Source of the DNA: Lama guanicoe
Taxonomy: Eukaryota
DNA length: 64,000 bases
Direction: 5' to 3'
Assembly: GCA_013239625.1 (NCBI GenBank)
Contig: MU054323.1
Span: 2,592,161-2,656,160, forward strand
In this document: in pieces, positions 37,716-49,722 of the stretch
Position numbering within the stretch: position 1 is the first letter of the stretch
Layout: every line of letters begins with the position of its first letter
Translations under genes and position numbers: made by a program
Notes under the pieces: model-generated
What the model was told of the DNA's origin: nothing
Database searches by the model: none
Seen by the model: the letters and a program-made list of their open reading frames with translations, nothing else

Positions 37716-38291
37716 CATTGCTGCATAAGAAGTTGTACCAGAACAGTACACACTTATCCTCTCACAGTTCCTGTGGGTCAGAAATCTGGGCCCAGTGCAC
37801 ATGGGTCTGCTGTTCCAGAGTTTCTCACAGGCTTAAATCAAGGTGTCTGCTGAGGCTGCAGTCCCATCTGAATGTCTGCTTGGGGAAAGATCTGCTTCCA
37901 AGCTCATTTACATGCTTGTCTGAGAATCTGGGGGACAGGGGTGGGGATGTTTTGTGCCCTGTTGCAATGAGAGACTCAGTTATTTACTGGCTATTGACTA
38001 GAGACAACCCTCGTTTCCTAGACATACAGTCCTTTCCATAGGGCAGGTCATGACATGGCAGCCTGCCTCATCTGAGCAAGAAGAGCCAGGGAAAGAGGGT
38101 CAGGGAAAAGGAGGCCACGGTCTTTTATAACCTAATCATGACTGTGACATCTCATCACAATTGCCATATTCTACTGGTTAAAAGCAAGTCACCAGGTCCA
38201 GCCTACCCTCAAGGGGAGGGAGCTGCACCAGGGCACTAACACCAGAAGCTGGGCATCACTGGGAGCCATGCTAGAAGCTGCCTGCTTCACG
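37716..38291 (-). mobile_element. MLT1F-like (MaLR) solo LTR
   Basis: cattgctgcataag...ctcacagttcctgtgggtcagaaatctggg...tcaaggtgtc...gatctgcttccaagctca...aagcaagtcacc...ctcaaggggaggg...gggagccat. Confidence 0.88.
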
Positions 38292-39675
38292 CATCCAACC
38301 TCGTCCACATTGTCCACATGAACACTCAGTGCAGCCTTGAGATCTCTTAACTGACACATGACATAACTTGTACCTTTGCCAGACTGTCGTCCCACCTACA
38401 GAGGTCTTCCTTGTTTCTGCTTCCTGGCAAATTCTACCCACAACTCTGGATATGTATTTTGAAAGTTGTAAGTTATCTCACGGATATAAACACTTTGACT
38501 TGGGGTGGGGGGAAGAATATATATCCAGAGTTGTGCTGTATAACCTCAGGAGATGTGTAGGTTCAGTCTGAACAAACCATCACTTGTGTCACTGGAGGAA
38601 ATGAAGCTAATTTTATTAGAGGATTGCTACTCAGAACGTGGGCAGTTTGCTTGGGGAGGATCCAGGTCCTCTGGACCATCTGGAAACAGAGAAATGGCCA
38701 TCTTTATCAAGTTTCCATTGCTAAAACCATAATGGTAGAAACACAAGTTTAATTTAATTTGAAAGGAAACATTTTCAACCCTCAAAAGAATGACTGGTTT
38801 TAGATTCTGGGTTCTGTTTCAGGGAGGCATTTTTGTTTTCTTATTGCCTCCCTTCTAATCCATGGAGGTCAGTTCCATTTCAAAGAGAATAGTATTTAAG
38901 GTTGGTTTTCTGTATGGTAAAGGATTTGCATGCCACCTCATCATAAAGGTATTTACTTTCTGAATAAAGTAAAAAATAAAATGATACCGATGTATGCTTA
39001 CCAATCAAAGTTTAAAAATCCAAATAAGGTTCAGACATAAATGATTCTGTAATTCAACAGAGAGAGAGAAGGAGAAGGGTAGAAATAGAGGTAAAATGTC
39101 ACATCCCGTCATAGGCTTGTGAAATTAGTCCAGGGAATTAACAGTTTAATATGGGAAAGTTAATTTTATCACCATTATTCGTAACATCCTCCTTCCCTTT
39201 GTTTTTCTCAGGTTTATCTATTGGTCTACTGTTACTTCATTTTTCCAGGTGAATAGTGGCTACAAAAAAAAAAAACATTAGCCATCACTTTGAATAACAA
39301 GTTGGAACACCAGATCCCAAATGAAAATGAGAAGGAAATAGCATATGTGCGGTACACCCTCACACAGATGCTCACGGTGAAGGGATAAAGGAGTGAGAAG
39401 GAGTCATGAATGTTGACAGAATTAAGAAAGCTGCTGAGGTGGTTTCTTCAGCTTCAGTAAAGTTTGAGGGTTTTTTTGTTTGTTTTTTTTGGCAAGAATT
39501 ACATCTTTAGGAAGACACTAAGAAAACAATAAGATAGCTACAGAAGGAATGAACTCCTCCAGTGCTGTGCAAGCCTTCTCTGAGTGGTGGACTAATTTGG
39601 CACTTCACAGGAGTCAGAAAGCAGGGCAACTGCAGAGGTGAGGAAACCAGCCCCACCAGTTAACATGGAGAAGAA

Positions 39676-39723
39676 GGTGCTGTGCTAAGTCACCAGTGTG
39701 GTGCTGTGCTAAGTCACCAGTGT
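39676..39723. repeat. 24-bp perfect tandem duplication
   Basis: ggtgctgtgctaagtcaccagtgt x2. Confidence 0.97.
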
Positions 39724-40034
39724 AAATAAGGCCCCACGATGATCATCCGCAGCAGTGACAACAGTGACATGTGTTGTTACTTCTCTCCCTCTCAAATGGA
39801 AACCACTCAGATTTAGACTGGGGAAGCCAACTGGATAAGAAGAGCAGTGGGAAAAAAAGTTGATGACAGGCTACCATATACATAGACTTGTGGAAAAATC
39901 ATCTCATCTTAGTTTTAAAGCCTTGTTAATTCCATAGTACACTGAAATTTTTATAACTCCAATGTGCAACCAAGAAGGACTTCAGCATGTAATCTTGTCT
40001 TAACAACAGCTACTAAGGGACTCGTTAATAAAAA

Positions 40035-40255
40035 TTATGAATAGGTTTGTAAATATTAACCACTATATATAAAAATAGATTTTAAAAAATTTCTTCTGTA
40101 TAGCATAGGGAACTATATTTCAGTATCTTGTAATAACCTTTAATGAAAAAGAATATGAAAATAAATATATGTATATATATGCATGACTAGGACATTAAGC
40201 TGTATACCAGAAATTGACACATTGTAACTGACTATATTTCAATTAAAAAAAAAAA
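40035..40255 (+). mobile_element. Short camelid-type L1 3'UTR insertion with polyA
   Basis: ctgtatagcatagggaactatat...gaaaaagaatatgaaaat...gctgtataccagaaattgacacattgtaactgactatatttcaattaaaaaaaaaa, homologous to 15050-15205 and 23240-23400. Confidence 0.9.
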
Positions 40256-41049
40256 GAGCTCATTGTAGACACAAATCCCCTACAGATCTCCTTGTCTTGA
40301 GTCTTTTCTCACTGTAAAATAATGGATTCTGATTGTACTAAATTTAGAAAGTAGAAAATAGTACAGATTAAATGAAATCACCTGCAATTCCCCCTTAGCT
40401 TCAAGGACAGATGAAAGGCGGGGTTAAATGGAACCACTTCCTACCCCTGCCCCGCAGGACTGGCTTCACACCAACCAAGGTCACCACATTATTCTGTTAC
40501 ATTTCTTTGTCTCTTTTTCCTGAGAAAAATGTAAGAATAAGATCAGTTGTACTAACAAGGAGAACTGGAGTCTTTCTTTGAGAAGTTAAAAGTGGTTCTT
40601 TATACATTAGTTTTTGGAGGAAGGAACAGGGGTAGCGGTCACAAACGCTGGTAGCAGAAAAAAAAACTAATTTCCGCAAAAGTTCCTAGGGCATCAGACA
40701 AGCCTTAGGCAACTACTCATCCCAGGATGAAGCAGCCATGACAGGTTAAGTGCTGCCCAGAGAACCAGGATTAAATTACGGAGGAACTGATACAGTTGAA
40801 TGTTGTGAGAAAAGTTATACAATTCTGTAAAAATATCTGTGAGAAGTTATACAATCATAACCACTTTTTCTCATTTTCATGAAATGTGGCTATAACTTCA
40901 TACTGATTTTATTGCTATGTTTTCCCTATTAATTTCAACCAGAGTTAAAACAAAATGAGGTCTGTGGCATTTCCCATGCAACTCGGTGGTGAGAAGGGGT
41001 GTGTGCAAAACAACATTTTTTAAAAATACTGAACCAAACATCCAATAAT

Positions 41050-41230
41050 TAACTGTCTAATACTGAGCACTTACTAGGAGCCTGACACTGTTGTCAAGCA
41101 CTTCACATAAGTTATTTCATCAATACTCACAAAAATACAATGGAAAAGGTTACTACCATGACATTTTACAGATGAGAAACTCAAGTTTGACCAAGTGAAT
41201 GGTTTAGTGGAGGATTCCCAGCTGGTGACT
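41050..41230 (-). mobile_element. MIR SINE
   Basis: actgagcacttactaggagcctgacactgttgtcaagcacttcacat...cattttacagatgagaaactcaag. Confidence 0.8.
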
Positions 41231-41540
41231 TCAGGGCCAAGGTAAGAACCAGGTTCTCTGAGGGCCAGTTCCTCCTACCAGCAGTCCAGGTGAGGCCAGA
41301 GCCAGGCCACTGAGCTTCGATGTTACGCCACAAAATAGAGATTCACATAGTCTTTGATATTTTAACAAATTAAACAGGGGACCCAATGGGGCCAGATCTC
41401 TGGGATAATATTTCACTGTTTCACTCCGACTCACCTATGTGTGAGATGTGTCTGGAGTGCAGATTCACACTGAAGGCTATGTAAAGCCATAAATGAGAAG
41501 CTGTTTCCCACCCTGCCATTAGCTAAAATACTCTCTCGAG

Positions 41541-41890
41541 CAGTGATTTCTAAATCCCACCACGTGGAGTACTGCCACTCTGGATGAAGTGTTCATTAGA
41601 CAGTAAAAACGTAAGACGAACCAGGATAATAAATCAGCCATGTAGAATATCAGCCTAAGATTGCCATTTAATCTGAGATTTTTTATTCTTCCTACACTCC
41701 TTGGTGGTAAATCATGCTTTTCATATATATATATAGAATAATGAGGATGAAAAATGACTGGCATTTGCCTTTAAATGTTCTTATTACAATCAAAAATTAC
41801 CAATTTTTGAATATTTAGGTGTACTCCCCACACTATTATAGATTATCATTTTTTACTGGTTCATGAAATCTAAAAGTCTTAACATCACTG
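41541..41890. mobile_element. hAT-Charlie-type MITE
   Basis: Inverted termini cagtgatttcta...taacatcactg, and a Charlie-like subterminal tttactggttcatgaaatctaaaagtct. Confidence 0.6.
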
Positions 41891-41932
41891 GTTCATGGAA
41901 CACATAGTGTTCTAAATAAAATAGTTAGGCAC

Positions 41933-42418
41933 TATAGCAGATGGCAAAAACGGTAAAAATTCTCCCTTCATCTCTGAATCCATGTTACCTTGACTTTGCA
42001 CTATGATTTTGCTACTTCTCCCATAGAGGGACAGAGGCTATTTCCCCTCCCCCATCAATCTACTTGGCCTTGTGACTTGGCAACAATTATAACCAATGCC
42101 ACGGAAATAATGGTGTGCCAATTCCAAGTCCAAGCCTCAAGGGATTTGATCACATCTACTGTGTCTCTTGGGACCTGCAACCACCATATGAACAATCCCA
42201 GGCTAGTCTGTAGGAAAAGGGAAACTGTGTGCCCAGATACCCCCAGCACCCCAACAACCAACAGCCAGTTAACCCCTGAAAGCAGAATTATCCAGCATAC
42301 GTATGAGTGAGCCCAGCCCAGATCACCAACCCACAGGGTCTCTGGCCAGATTAATGGATATTGCTTTAAGCTTTAAGTTTTGGGGTGGTTGGTTACATAG
42401 GAAGACCTAACTAATAGA
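41933..42418 (+). mobile_element. MLT1H-like (MaLR) solo LTR
   Basis: tatttcccctcc...ttggccttgtgacttg...gtgtgccaattccaagtccaagcctcaag...gagtgagcccagcccagatc...taagttttggggtggttggttac...taactaata. Confidence 0.85.
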
Positions 42419-42914
42419 GTCACAGTTACAGGCATTGGATAGGATTTGGAACAGATACTGGCAAAGCTTGCCACGTAACACTCTGAAGCCAGTCTTGGAA
42501 TAATTCCTTAATGTATTCTTTTATCTAAAAGGAAGCTTTGAAATATCTTTTCTGATTTTATTTTAACATTGAAGAGATTAAGTATATAGCTGTTGTGAGA
42601 ACATGCAAGCTCACATGTCTAATTATTAGAAGAAATAAGTTGAGAAACCTAGAACAGTAGAATTATTTCTCTGGGTGCCCTGAGTGCACCCCAACTGCCT
42701 CTGTTTACCCATCTCATAGTGATTAAGTGGTGCTTTTATGACACTACAAGTGGCACCATCAATAACCCCTAAATGAGACTCTAGAAGATGTTTTTTGATA
42801 CCTGATTAAAGGAACAGAAACCCTACTCCTCACCAGCCAAGCGGCCCTCATTTTAAGTTAGAAGTATTTTCAACACTTGTCAATCTACTGGAGTAGGTAG
42901 GAGTCGGGGACCCA

Positions 42915-43065
42915 AACCCAGTAGATATGGGTCCTAGTCCTGTCTGTGCTGGTTACTGACCCCCGGGCAAGTCCCCTTCCCATTCTGCTTTTCAGATTCC
43001 TCATCCATGAGGTAAAGGGGCTGGACCCAGTGAACTTTACCCTCCTCACCATTCCAACAGCATCT
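42915..43065 (+). mobile_element. MIR3/MIR fragment
   Basis: tgggtcctagtcctg...tgacccccgggcaagtcccctt...ttcctcatccat...ggggctggacccagtga. Confidence 0.65.
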
Positions 43066-46000
43066 CAAGTCCTTCCTCGGGTCACTCACAGGATTGGAAA
43101 CAAGGCCCAAAAGATAAATGCATTAAAACTCTCTGGAGACTGAAAACCTGGTATCTACTTTAGTAGAGTCTAGCTTGCTGCTTTTCCAAAATCCAAACGA
43201 AAGAAAATTTGGTTTACAGGTGTTACTGTTATGGGTAAGTGCAGGTTATTCCCACAGAAATGACTTTTGCATCTTTTTTTTTCCTAAGGTTGCTTTTGTT
43301 GCACATTAAGATTGTGCTTTTCTGTGGTGATTAAATGTATTCTGTGACTTGAGTTAAAGTGTATTCAAGGATCCACATGAAAATAAAACCAGGCACACTG
43401 CAACCTCTATTGTGATATTTATCACTGACGGCGCTCACATGACTGCAGAGTGCCATAAAACTCTGGAGGGGTTACCTTCACTTAATGGCGCCCTTCCCTT
43501 TCACTCACCAGCCACTTCTTATTGCAAACAGCTGCTTGGAAACGAAAAAACATTTTCTATTTCCAAGGGACATTGTTGGCTCTCAAAGTACTTTGCTCAT
43601 TTTATTTAACAAATGTTTAAGTTTAATCAAATTTCTAATTCCAAAAATGAGCCAATCTTGCATTTTGAATCACTGGCTTGTGAGAGTTGTGTATTTAAAA
43701 TAGTATAAAAGGAATCAAATTCAAGAGTCAAAAAAAAAAAAAGTGAAGTATGTGGGTATGTGGCGCCTATGGCTTCAGCTTACTCCTATGATGTTTCTGC
43801 CACCCCTTGGACCAGCTGACTTCTGCCCGTGCAGTGATTCTAAGGGGATCGAACGTCTCAGCTTATAATGAAGGCTTCCTTGAGTTCTGATAGAAAACTT
43901 ATTCCCAATAACCTAGTGAAACTGCATCAGCACCAAAGTAAGGGAGGAAAACAAGCGTCATATAAACTTTATTAGCACTCTTTACTGTGAAATAAACTAG
44001 GCTTACACTTCTTTTGGAGGGGAAAATGATGAACACAAAAAACATACCGTATTTTACTTACTAACGTGCACTTGTAAAATGCATGGCATGCTGTTTTACA
44101 GGCAGTAGCATATAAAATACTTTTTCCAGATGTGGATTCATAATTCTCGAAAGACTATAATAGTTATCATAAGATTTATGGAGGATAATTTATTAATCAC
44201 ATTTTTTTCTTTTAGAGATCTGTTTAGTAAGATGAAAGAGAACTTTAAAATGTCATTTTAACCAAATGTAGACGGCATAATATCAAGTTACTCCTTTTGT
44301 TCAAATTATTTTTAATGACTTTATTTGTTTTATTGCCTCCACAAGTCAGTACCAACTTGGTGGTAATGATCTATTTAGGAAATCTCAAGATTTTTAAAGT
44401 AAAATAGCAGGGAGCTATTTTAAAAACTAAATGAACTGAACTATGTCAGTTGATTAGTGTTCATTTACTTGAGAGACACAGAAGCTCCTAAAGCTTACTT
44501 TTTTTAATAAGATTTGGAAGAGACAAATCTTGTGAAAACTGCAGCTCCCTGAACATTGATGCTGCTTCCTCAACAGAAACTTAGAAGCCCACCTGTGTCT
44601 GAAGTGCTATAAGTAACACGTTGTTAAATAAAACACACATTTCAAACATGGATCCCTTTAATCTGGCTTAGATTATTAAAAACACAGCTGTGCTAAGTCC
44701 ATATTGTGGACCCAAGTCACATGATGAGTTAAAAAAGCCCAAATGACCTTTTTTGTCATCACTTAATTTAAAGTAAGTTTTATCTATAGCCCAACACTAA
44801 CAAAGTTAAAAAAAAAAAAGATAACTCTACGATTCTGGAGGAACTCATCACCCCGAAGGTTACTGTCCTCTCACAGCCATCCCCTCTTCTCTAACCTGCG
44901 GCTTCCCTGGCAGAGTTCACACTAGGCAGTGGGTATAGATTGCTACTAACGGTCAGCCTACAGATTCAGCATACTTCTTCCCTCCAGGCTCTGATGACAG
45001 CCATCAAGAGTTCGCTCATCTCTAACACAGTAACATTTACTTTGCCAGGTTATCACAAGGGTTAAAATAAAATGAGGCATCCAACTCATCTACAGCCTGG
45101 CACATAGCCAGCACTCAGTAAACAGAAGCAATTATAGTCATGTGTGCAAGTGTGGGAGAAGTTTTTTTTATAGTTTTGAAAGGGCAATACAGTCAAGTAG
45201 TATTTACTGATAGGTTTGAAAATAAAAGTATGAAAAACAGGAATATACTGAATAACTACCACATATAATCCTCTATTCTAGGTTTTGTAAGATGCAACAG
45301 CGTATATAAGAGGGGAGCTATGATGCAAAGTGTCCATAATCAATGAGAGCACTCTGAAACACATGCTGAAAATCTCAGCAGCATTTTAGATCGATGGCCA
45401 CGTGAAAGCACCGTACCACCAGAGCGGGGCCTGGGGTGTCAGTGGCAGCTTCCACATGAGAGGTGTGGGCAGTGACTCCTGAGAGTCAAGAACAGCGGAG
45501 AACAGCTGAGCAGGCTGTGAAGACTTCATGCAAGTTGGGCGTGAGCATGAGAAAGTGGGGAGCCCAGGAGAAGGAAACTCAGCAGCATCTGACATTTAAG
45601 TCAACCAGGTTAGCAAAGCTGCTGAACAGCTTGAGGAGTGAGGCCGCGCAGCAAGAGGAAGGGACCTGAGGAACTGAGAACCCGGCTTGGTTTCTGTGTA
45701 GAGACACAAGGCCTCTCTGAAACTCTCTGAAAGTCTGAGTGAACGCTGGGATTAATACCACTAATAGTCCCCACAGGAGAAAATGTCCTACCTGTGATGA
45801 AGATTAGCGTCTGCCGTGGCCCTGGCTGTGGCTGTTTTCCGTGAGAAAGGAAGCCATCCCTGGGGAAGACGGTGCAAAGACGTCGTCAAGAACACAGCCC
45901 CCCAGCCCCACACCTCATCTATCCTTCACAGCAACAGTCTGCGCTCCTGTGATTCTCTCTGGATCCGTCCACCTGCCGCCCCAAGACTGTGAGCTTCTGG

Positions 46001-49000
46001 AGGATAGCAATTATTTTCTCTGTTTCCCTAAGGTCATGGATGGAGTCAGCAGTCCAGGAATGTGCTGAATGGCCCGTTTTTGGCTGAAAGGCCAGTGTTA
46101 CTGACAACTGTCAAAGTGAGGTGTTTACAAGATTCTCATCTGAGTCAAAAGTGCCCTATGAAAAGAGGAAAAGGAGGAGGATGGAGAGCCCTAAAGTCCA
46201 CTCAGGATGATGAATTAGAGCTTCTCCCACACCTCCTTAGTTAGCATGAGTGGAAACTGTTCTTTTCCAAAAGACTTTCTTTAATATCATAAAACATTTT
46301 CATGGACACGTGAACATGCATCAGTGTGTCTTTTGACAAGATTATCCCCTGCACCTACCCACCCTCCCACATCGGTGGACATAAGACTGGAGAAATGAAT
46401 GCAGCAGATGGAACAGATAGAAAAAAATGATTAAAAGCATGGAATGTAATATTGTGCTTGGTTATTTTCCTGTGTCACAACAAAACAAAACATTTTGATG
46501 CAAATAGTTAATGCTTCCTCTTTTCCATTTAAGTCTGGTAGAGGGAAAAAAAAAACTTTTTCTGTAATAAAATATGTGGTTTTCTGGTCTCTCTGGGGAT
46601 ATTTTTAACCAGTAGCCAACTAGTAACCTACTTAATATCAAACCAGGTTCCATCTGGATCCTTTCTCTTCCAGAAGAGGAATCAGATAGGACCAGGTCAT
46701 GAGCAAGAAGCAAAGAGTCTTGAGCCTCCCCACGCAGGAGCCCCAACCCCTGAGAGTGTGTGGAGACCTGATCTCTGCCTGGATTACAGCCCAAAACCAG
46801 GAGACAAAGCATTAGCTCTGGACCAGGGGGAAATATGCTCACCTACGGGCTCAGCTCTCACCGATCTGGAAAGCAAATGAGTGCTCTGTCTGCATGAGAT
46901 AACACACCCTGCCTTGCCAGCCTGGAGAAGCTCTTCCAGGGCCACTGTTCTATTCACCTGGCCAGTGTTCTGCTCACCCAGAAGGCACCATCCAAAGTCT
47001 GGGAGAGAAGCCCAGGAATGAACTCAACATCTCTTCCAAGTCATAGTGACTCTTACCTTTACAAATGCTTCTTGGCTGAGACCGTGAACACGAACCAGTG
47101 ATTGACAGGTGTGCACAACAACAGAGAAGCCGTGTGGGTAGCAATAAAGAGATCCTCAAAGGGTAAGTCAAAAATACACCACCTTCATCATCAGTCAGGG
47201 CCAAGCTCCATAGCCCAGAATATGCACATTAGAGAATTAGAGAGAGAGCAATGATCCAGTACTTCTTCTCTGAGGAAGTGGCATCCCAGTCTTTCTCAGA
47301 GTAAAACAGCCAAGAATGAGAACCATTAGATGCATCTCTTTTGGCTAATTTGGGGCCAAATCAGGGTGGGCCTTGAATGGCCACCAGAGTTTACACTTGA
47401 TGATGGGTACAGATGGTTATCAACTGAACAGTCAGCATATAGACTCACCTCCCCTTTCCATGCTCCTTCCTATCTTTTTCTTCAGGGAAACAAGAGCTCA
47501 TGCATATGTAACAATTTGTCTCGGGCGATATTTTTACTGCTTTGAATACAATAACTGAGTTACTGTTCACACCCACCCTACGGGTTAGATACTCTCTTTA
47601 TCCCCACGGTTACAAGTGAAGCACCAGGGGAAAGTTGACAGATACCCTGGTAGGGAAGTTGGAGTCCCTCACGGTGTTTCATCTTCTAATGGGCAACTGT
47701 TTCTCAGGGCCCAGAGTCTATAAAAAAGCTAAGTCTCAACTCATCTCTGTTGAAATCCAGATCATCTGTAAAGTTTGAGGGGAAAAGTGGCACTTAACTC
47801 ATTAGTCTGCAAATGACACCACTGTATATTCTCTTCACCAACTTAAAGAACAGGAGTCAGGGCAAAGGTGGGAGCTCAGGGCATAAATTTACCATCTGCG
47901 ACGAAATGTAATCAGATCCGAGGAGTTTCCACTTTGAAGTCTTCCTGAATCTGTGTGGGTGACAGGTCTGAACATATCACCCGCCTTGACAGGCGGCTTT
48001 ATTTTTCATTTCAAAGAGTGAGAAAGAAAGAAAGGAACCCAAGCGAATGTGCGCACAGCGGAGCTTTGAACGCTGCCCCCTGTGTGCTGATGGAGGCACT
48101 TTTCTAAATTCAGGTCACGCGTTGGGAAGAGCGAAAGCAGTGGGCTTTTTTTGGTCCATCCCGGGCTCCGTCCTTCCCAGTCTGAAGCCTTTCTCCAGCT
48201 TCAGAGCTTTCTTCTCGGCTCCTACACCAGCTGCAGACTGGACCTGAGCTTCAGCCAGTGCTGCCTGGGCCGGGCATCCACCGGATGAGGGCAGCTGGCA
48301 AGGAAGGGCTCGACCAGGGGAGCATCTTGTGGTGGAAGGAATGACAGCACTTCTAAAGGCTGATGCCAGCTACCCTTCAAAAGCGCTCAGCCCGTAGCCT
48401 GCTTGGCCCGACGCTGAACTCGTCTGACCGATACCTTTAACCTCTGGAGCAAGAGCCATGAGTGTGGCCAAGAGCCCACTCTGGGTACGTCGTCATTACC
48501 ATGTGATTTGAATCCAAAAGGATCACCTGCTATTTATTTATGAAAATGGTGCAGAGCAGAGCCCGGGTATTACCCAGTGCAAACTCAGACGAGTGCAAGC
48601 GTGTCACAGCCTGCTGGGAGCCTCCTGCAGGATGTCCAGGGAAGAGGAAATCCTTGGAAAGGCCGGCGCTGCCATTCACCACATCTCACAGCGTGAGAGC
48701 CCCTCGGCCAGTGGGGAAAGGAACACCCCTCTGGGAGGCAGTGCACTGGGTGGGGGAAGAACTTTCTTCAGGAGGAAGGAAGGGGTGTGGTGTGGGGGAG
48801 CAGGTCAGGCACTTGGCCTTGTGGGGAGGAGTAACTCCATGAATCCTGGTGAGGTGACACTCAGGATCTGTCCTCCAGCGCAGCTCCTTCTGGGCCAGTA
48901 CTAGTATCCTCAGGAGATGGCCTGAGAGCTAGTCACTTCAACAGAGCTCCTGGATAAGACTGAGGGCACAAAAGCAGCATAACTCCTGGGTGTCCTGGGC

Positions 49001-49039
49001 TGAGTTGTGGAGGGCAGAATTGCCTAATTTACTCAAACT

Positions 49040-49185
49040 TCTTGTTGACTATTGGTTTAATTCCATCATTTTGATGTTATAAATAACTCTAAAGTGAACA
49101 TCTTGTATGTACAACTTTGTGTACATCTCTGATTATATCCCCAGGATACATTTTTTAAATATGACGATGGAAATGAAGGATTTGC
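49040..49185 (-). mobile_element. Old L1ME-type fragment
   Basis: ttataaataactctaaagtgaacatcttgtatgtaca...tctgattatatccccaggatacatt. Confidence 0.65.
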
Positions 49186-49451
49186 ATCTTCTATTATCAA
49201 GATTTTTATTACATAGTCTGATCTTGAAGTGCCTGGAAAATCCACTCAGGATCGCTCAGTGGATGCCTGTGGCTTCCTGGTTATGGGAGGTGACTCTGTT
49301 TCCCGTGTCCTGATGCAGCATTTCAGGTTGCCTTGGAGGCCAGTCACTGTCATGAAGTAACTGATGCATGATGTCATCACTCAAGGCAGCCTCTTACCAC
49401 GTAATTGACCTTCATGGATGCTCTTCACTTAATAGGACTGCAAAGTGTTTC

Positions 49452-49558
49452 CAAGCATGGATTTAGAGGTCAGGTAAGACTGGGTTTGGATCTCTGCTTC
49501 TCTTCTTGTTATTTTGTGACCTCGGGCAAATTACTTAATCTTCTTCAGTTTCCTCTTA
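49452..49558 (+). mobile_element. MIR fragment
   Basis: agcatggatttagagg...gactgggtttggatc...tgtgacctcgggcaaattacttaatcttcttcagtttcctc. Confidence 0.8.
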
Positions 49559-49564
49559 GACTTT

Positions 49565-49722
49565 TTGCTATTGCTTTAACCACCTGCTCACCATAACCAT
49601 CCCAAACCCTCCCTGGACTTAGTTTATGATGACTGTCTTGTTCTATGATTGAGCTTAAAAATTGGTGAAAAATTGACTATATCAAAATTGGCTGGATGTC
49701 AATAAACCAGATGGCAATTAAG
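49565..49722 (-). mobile_element. TcMar-Tigger (Tigger15a/MamRep434-like) terminal fragment
   Basis: Reverse complement reads ttaattgccatctggtttattgacatccagcc...agtcaatttttcacc, similar to the terminus I recall for this family. Confidence 0.6.

Noticed and set aside
40020..40270. TSD around the short L1 3' end (also searched around the 12.7-15.2k L1 and the MLT1A0 and MLT1D LTRs)
   Set aside because: No matching flanking direct repeats were found.
45463..45669. Helical, protein-looking ORF (..KSTRLAKLLNSLRSEAAQQEEGT)
   Set aside because: No recognised family, no polyA/TSD of a processed pseudogene, and no clear splice sites. tBLASTN would settle it.
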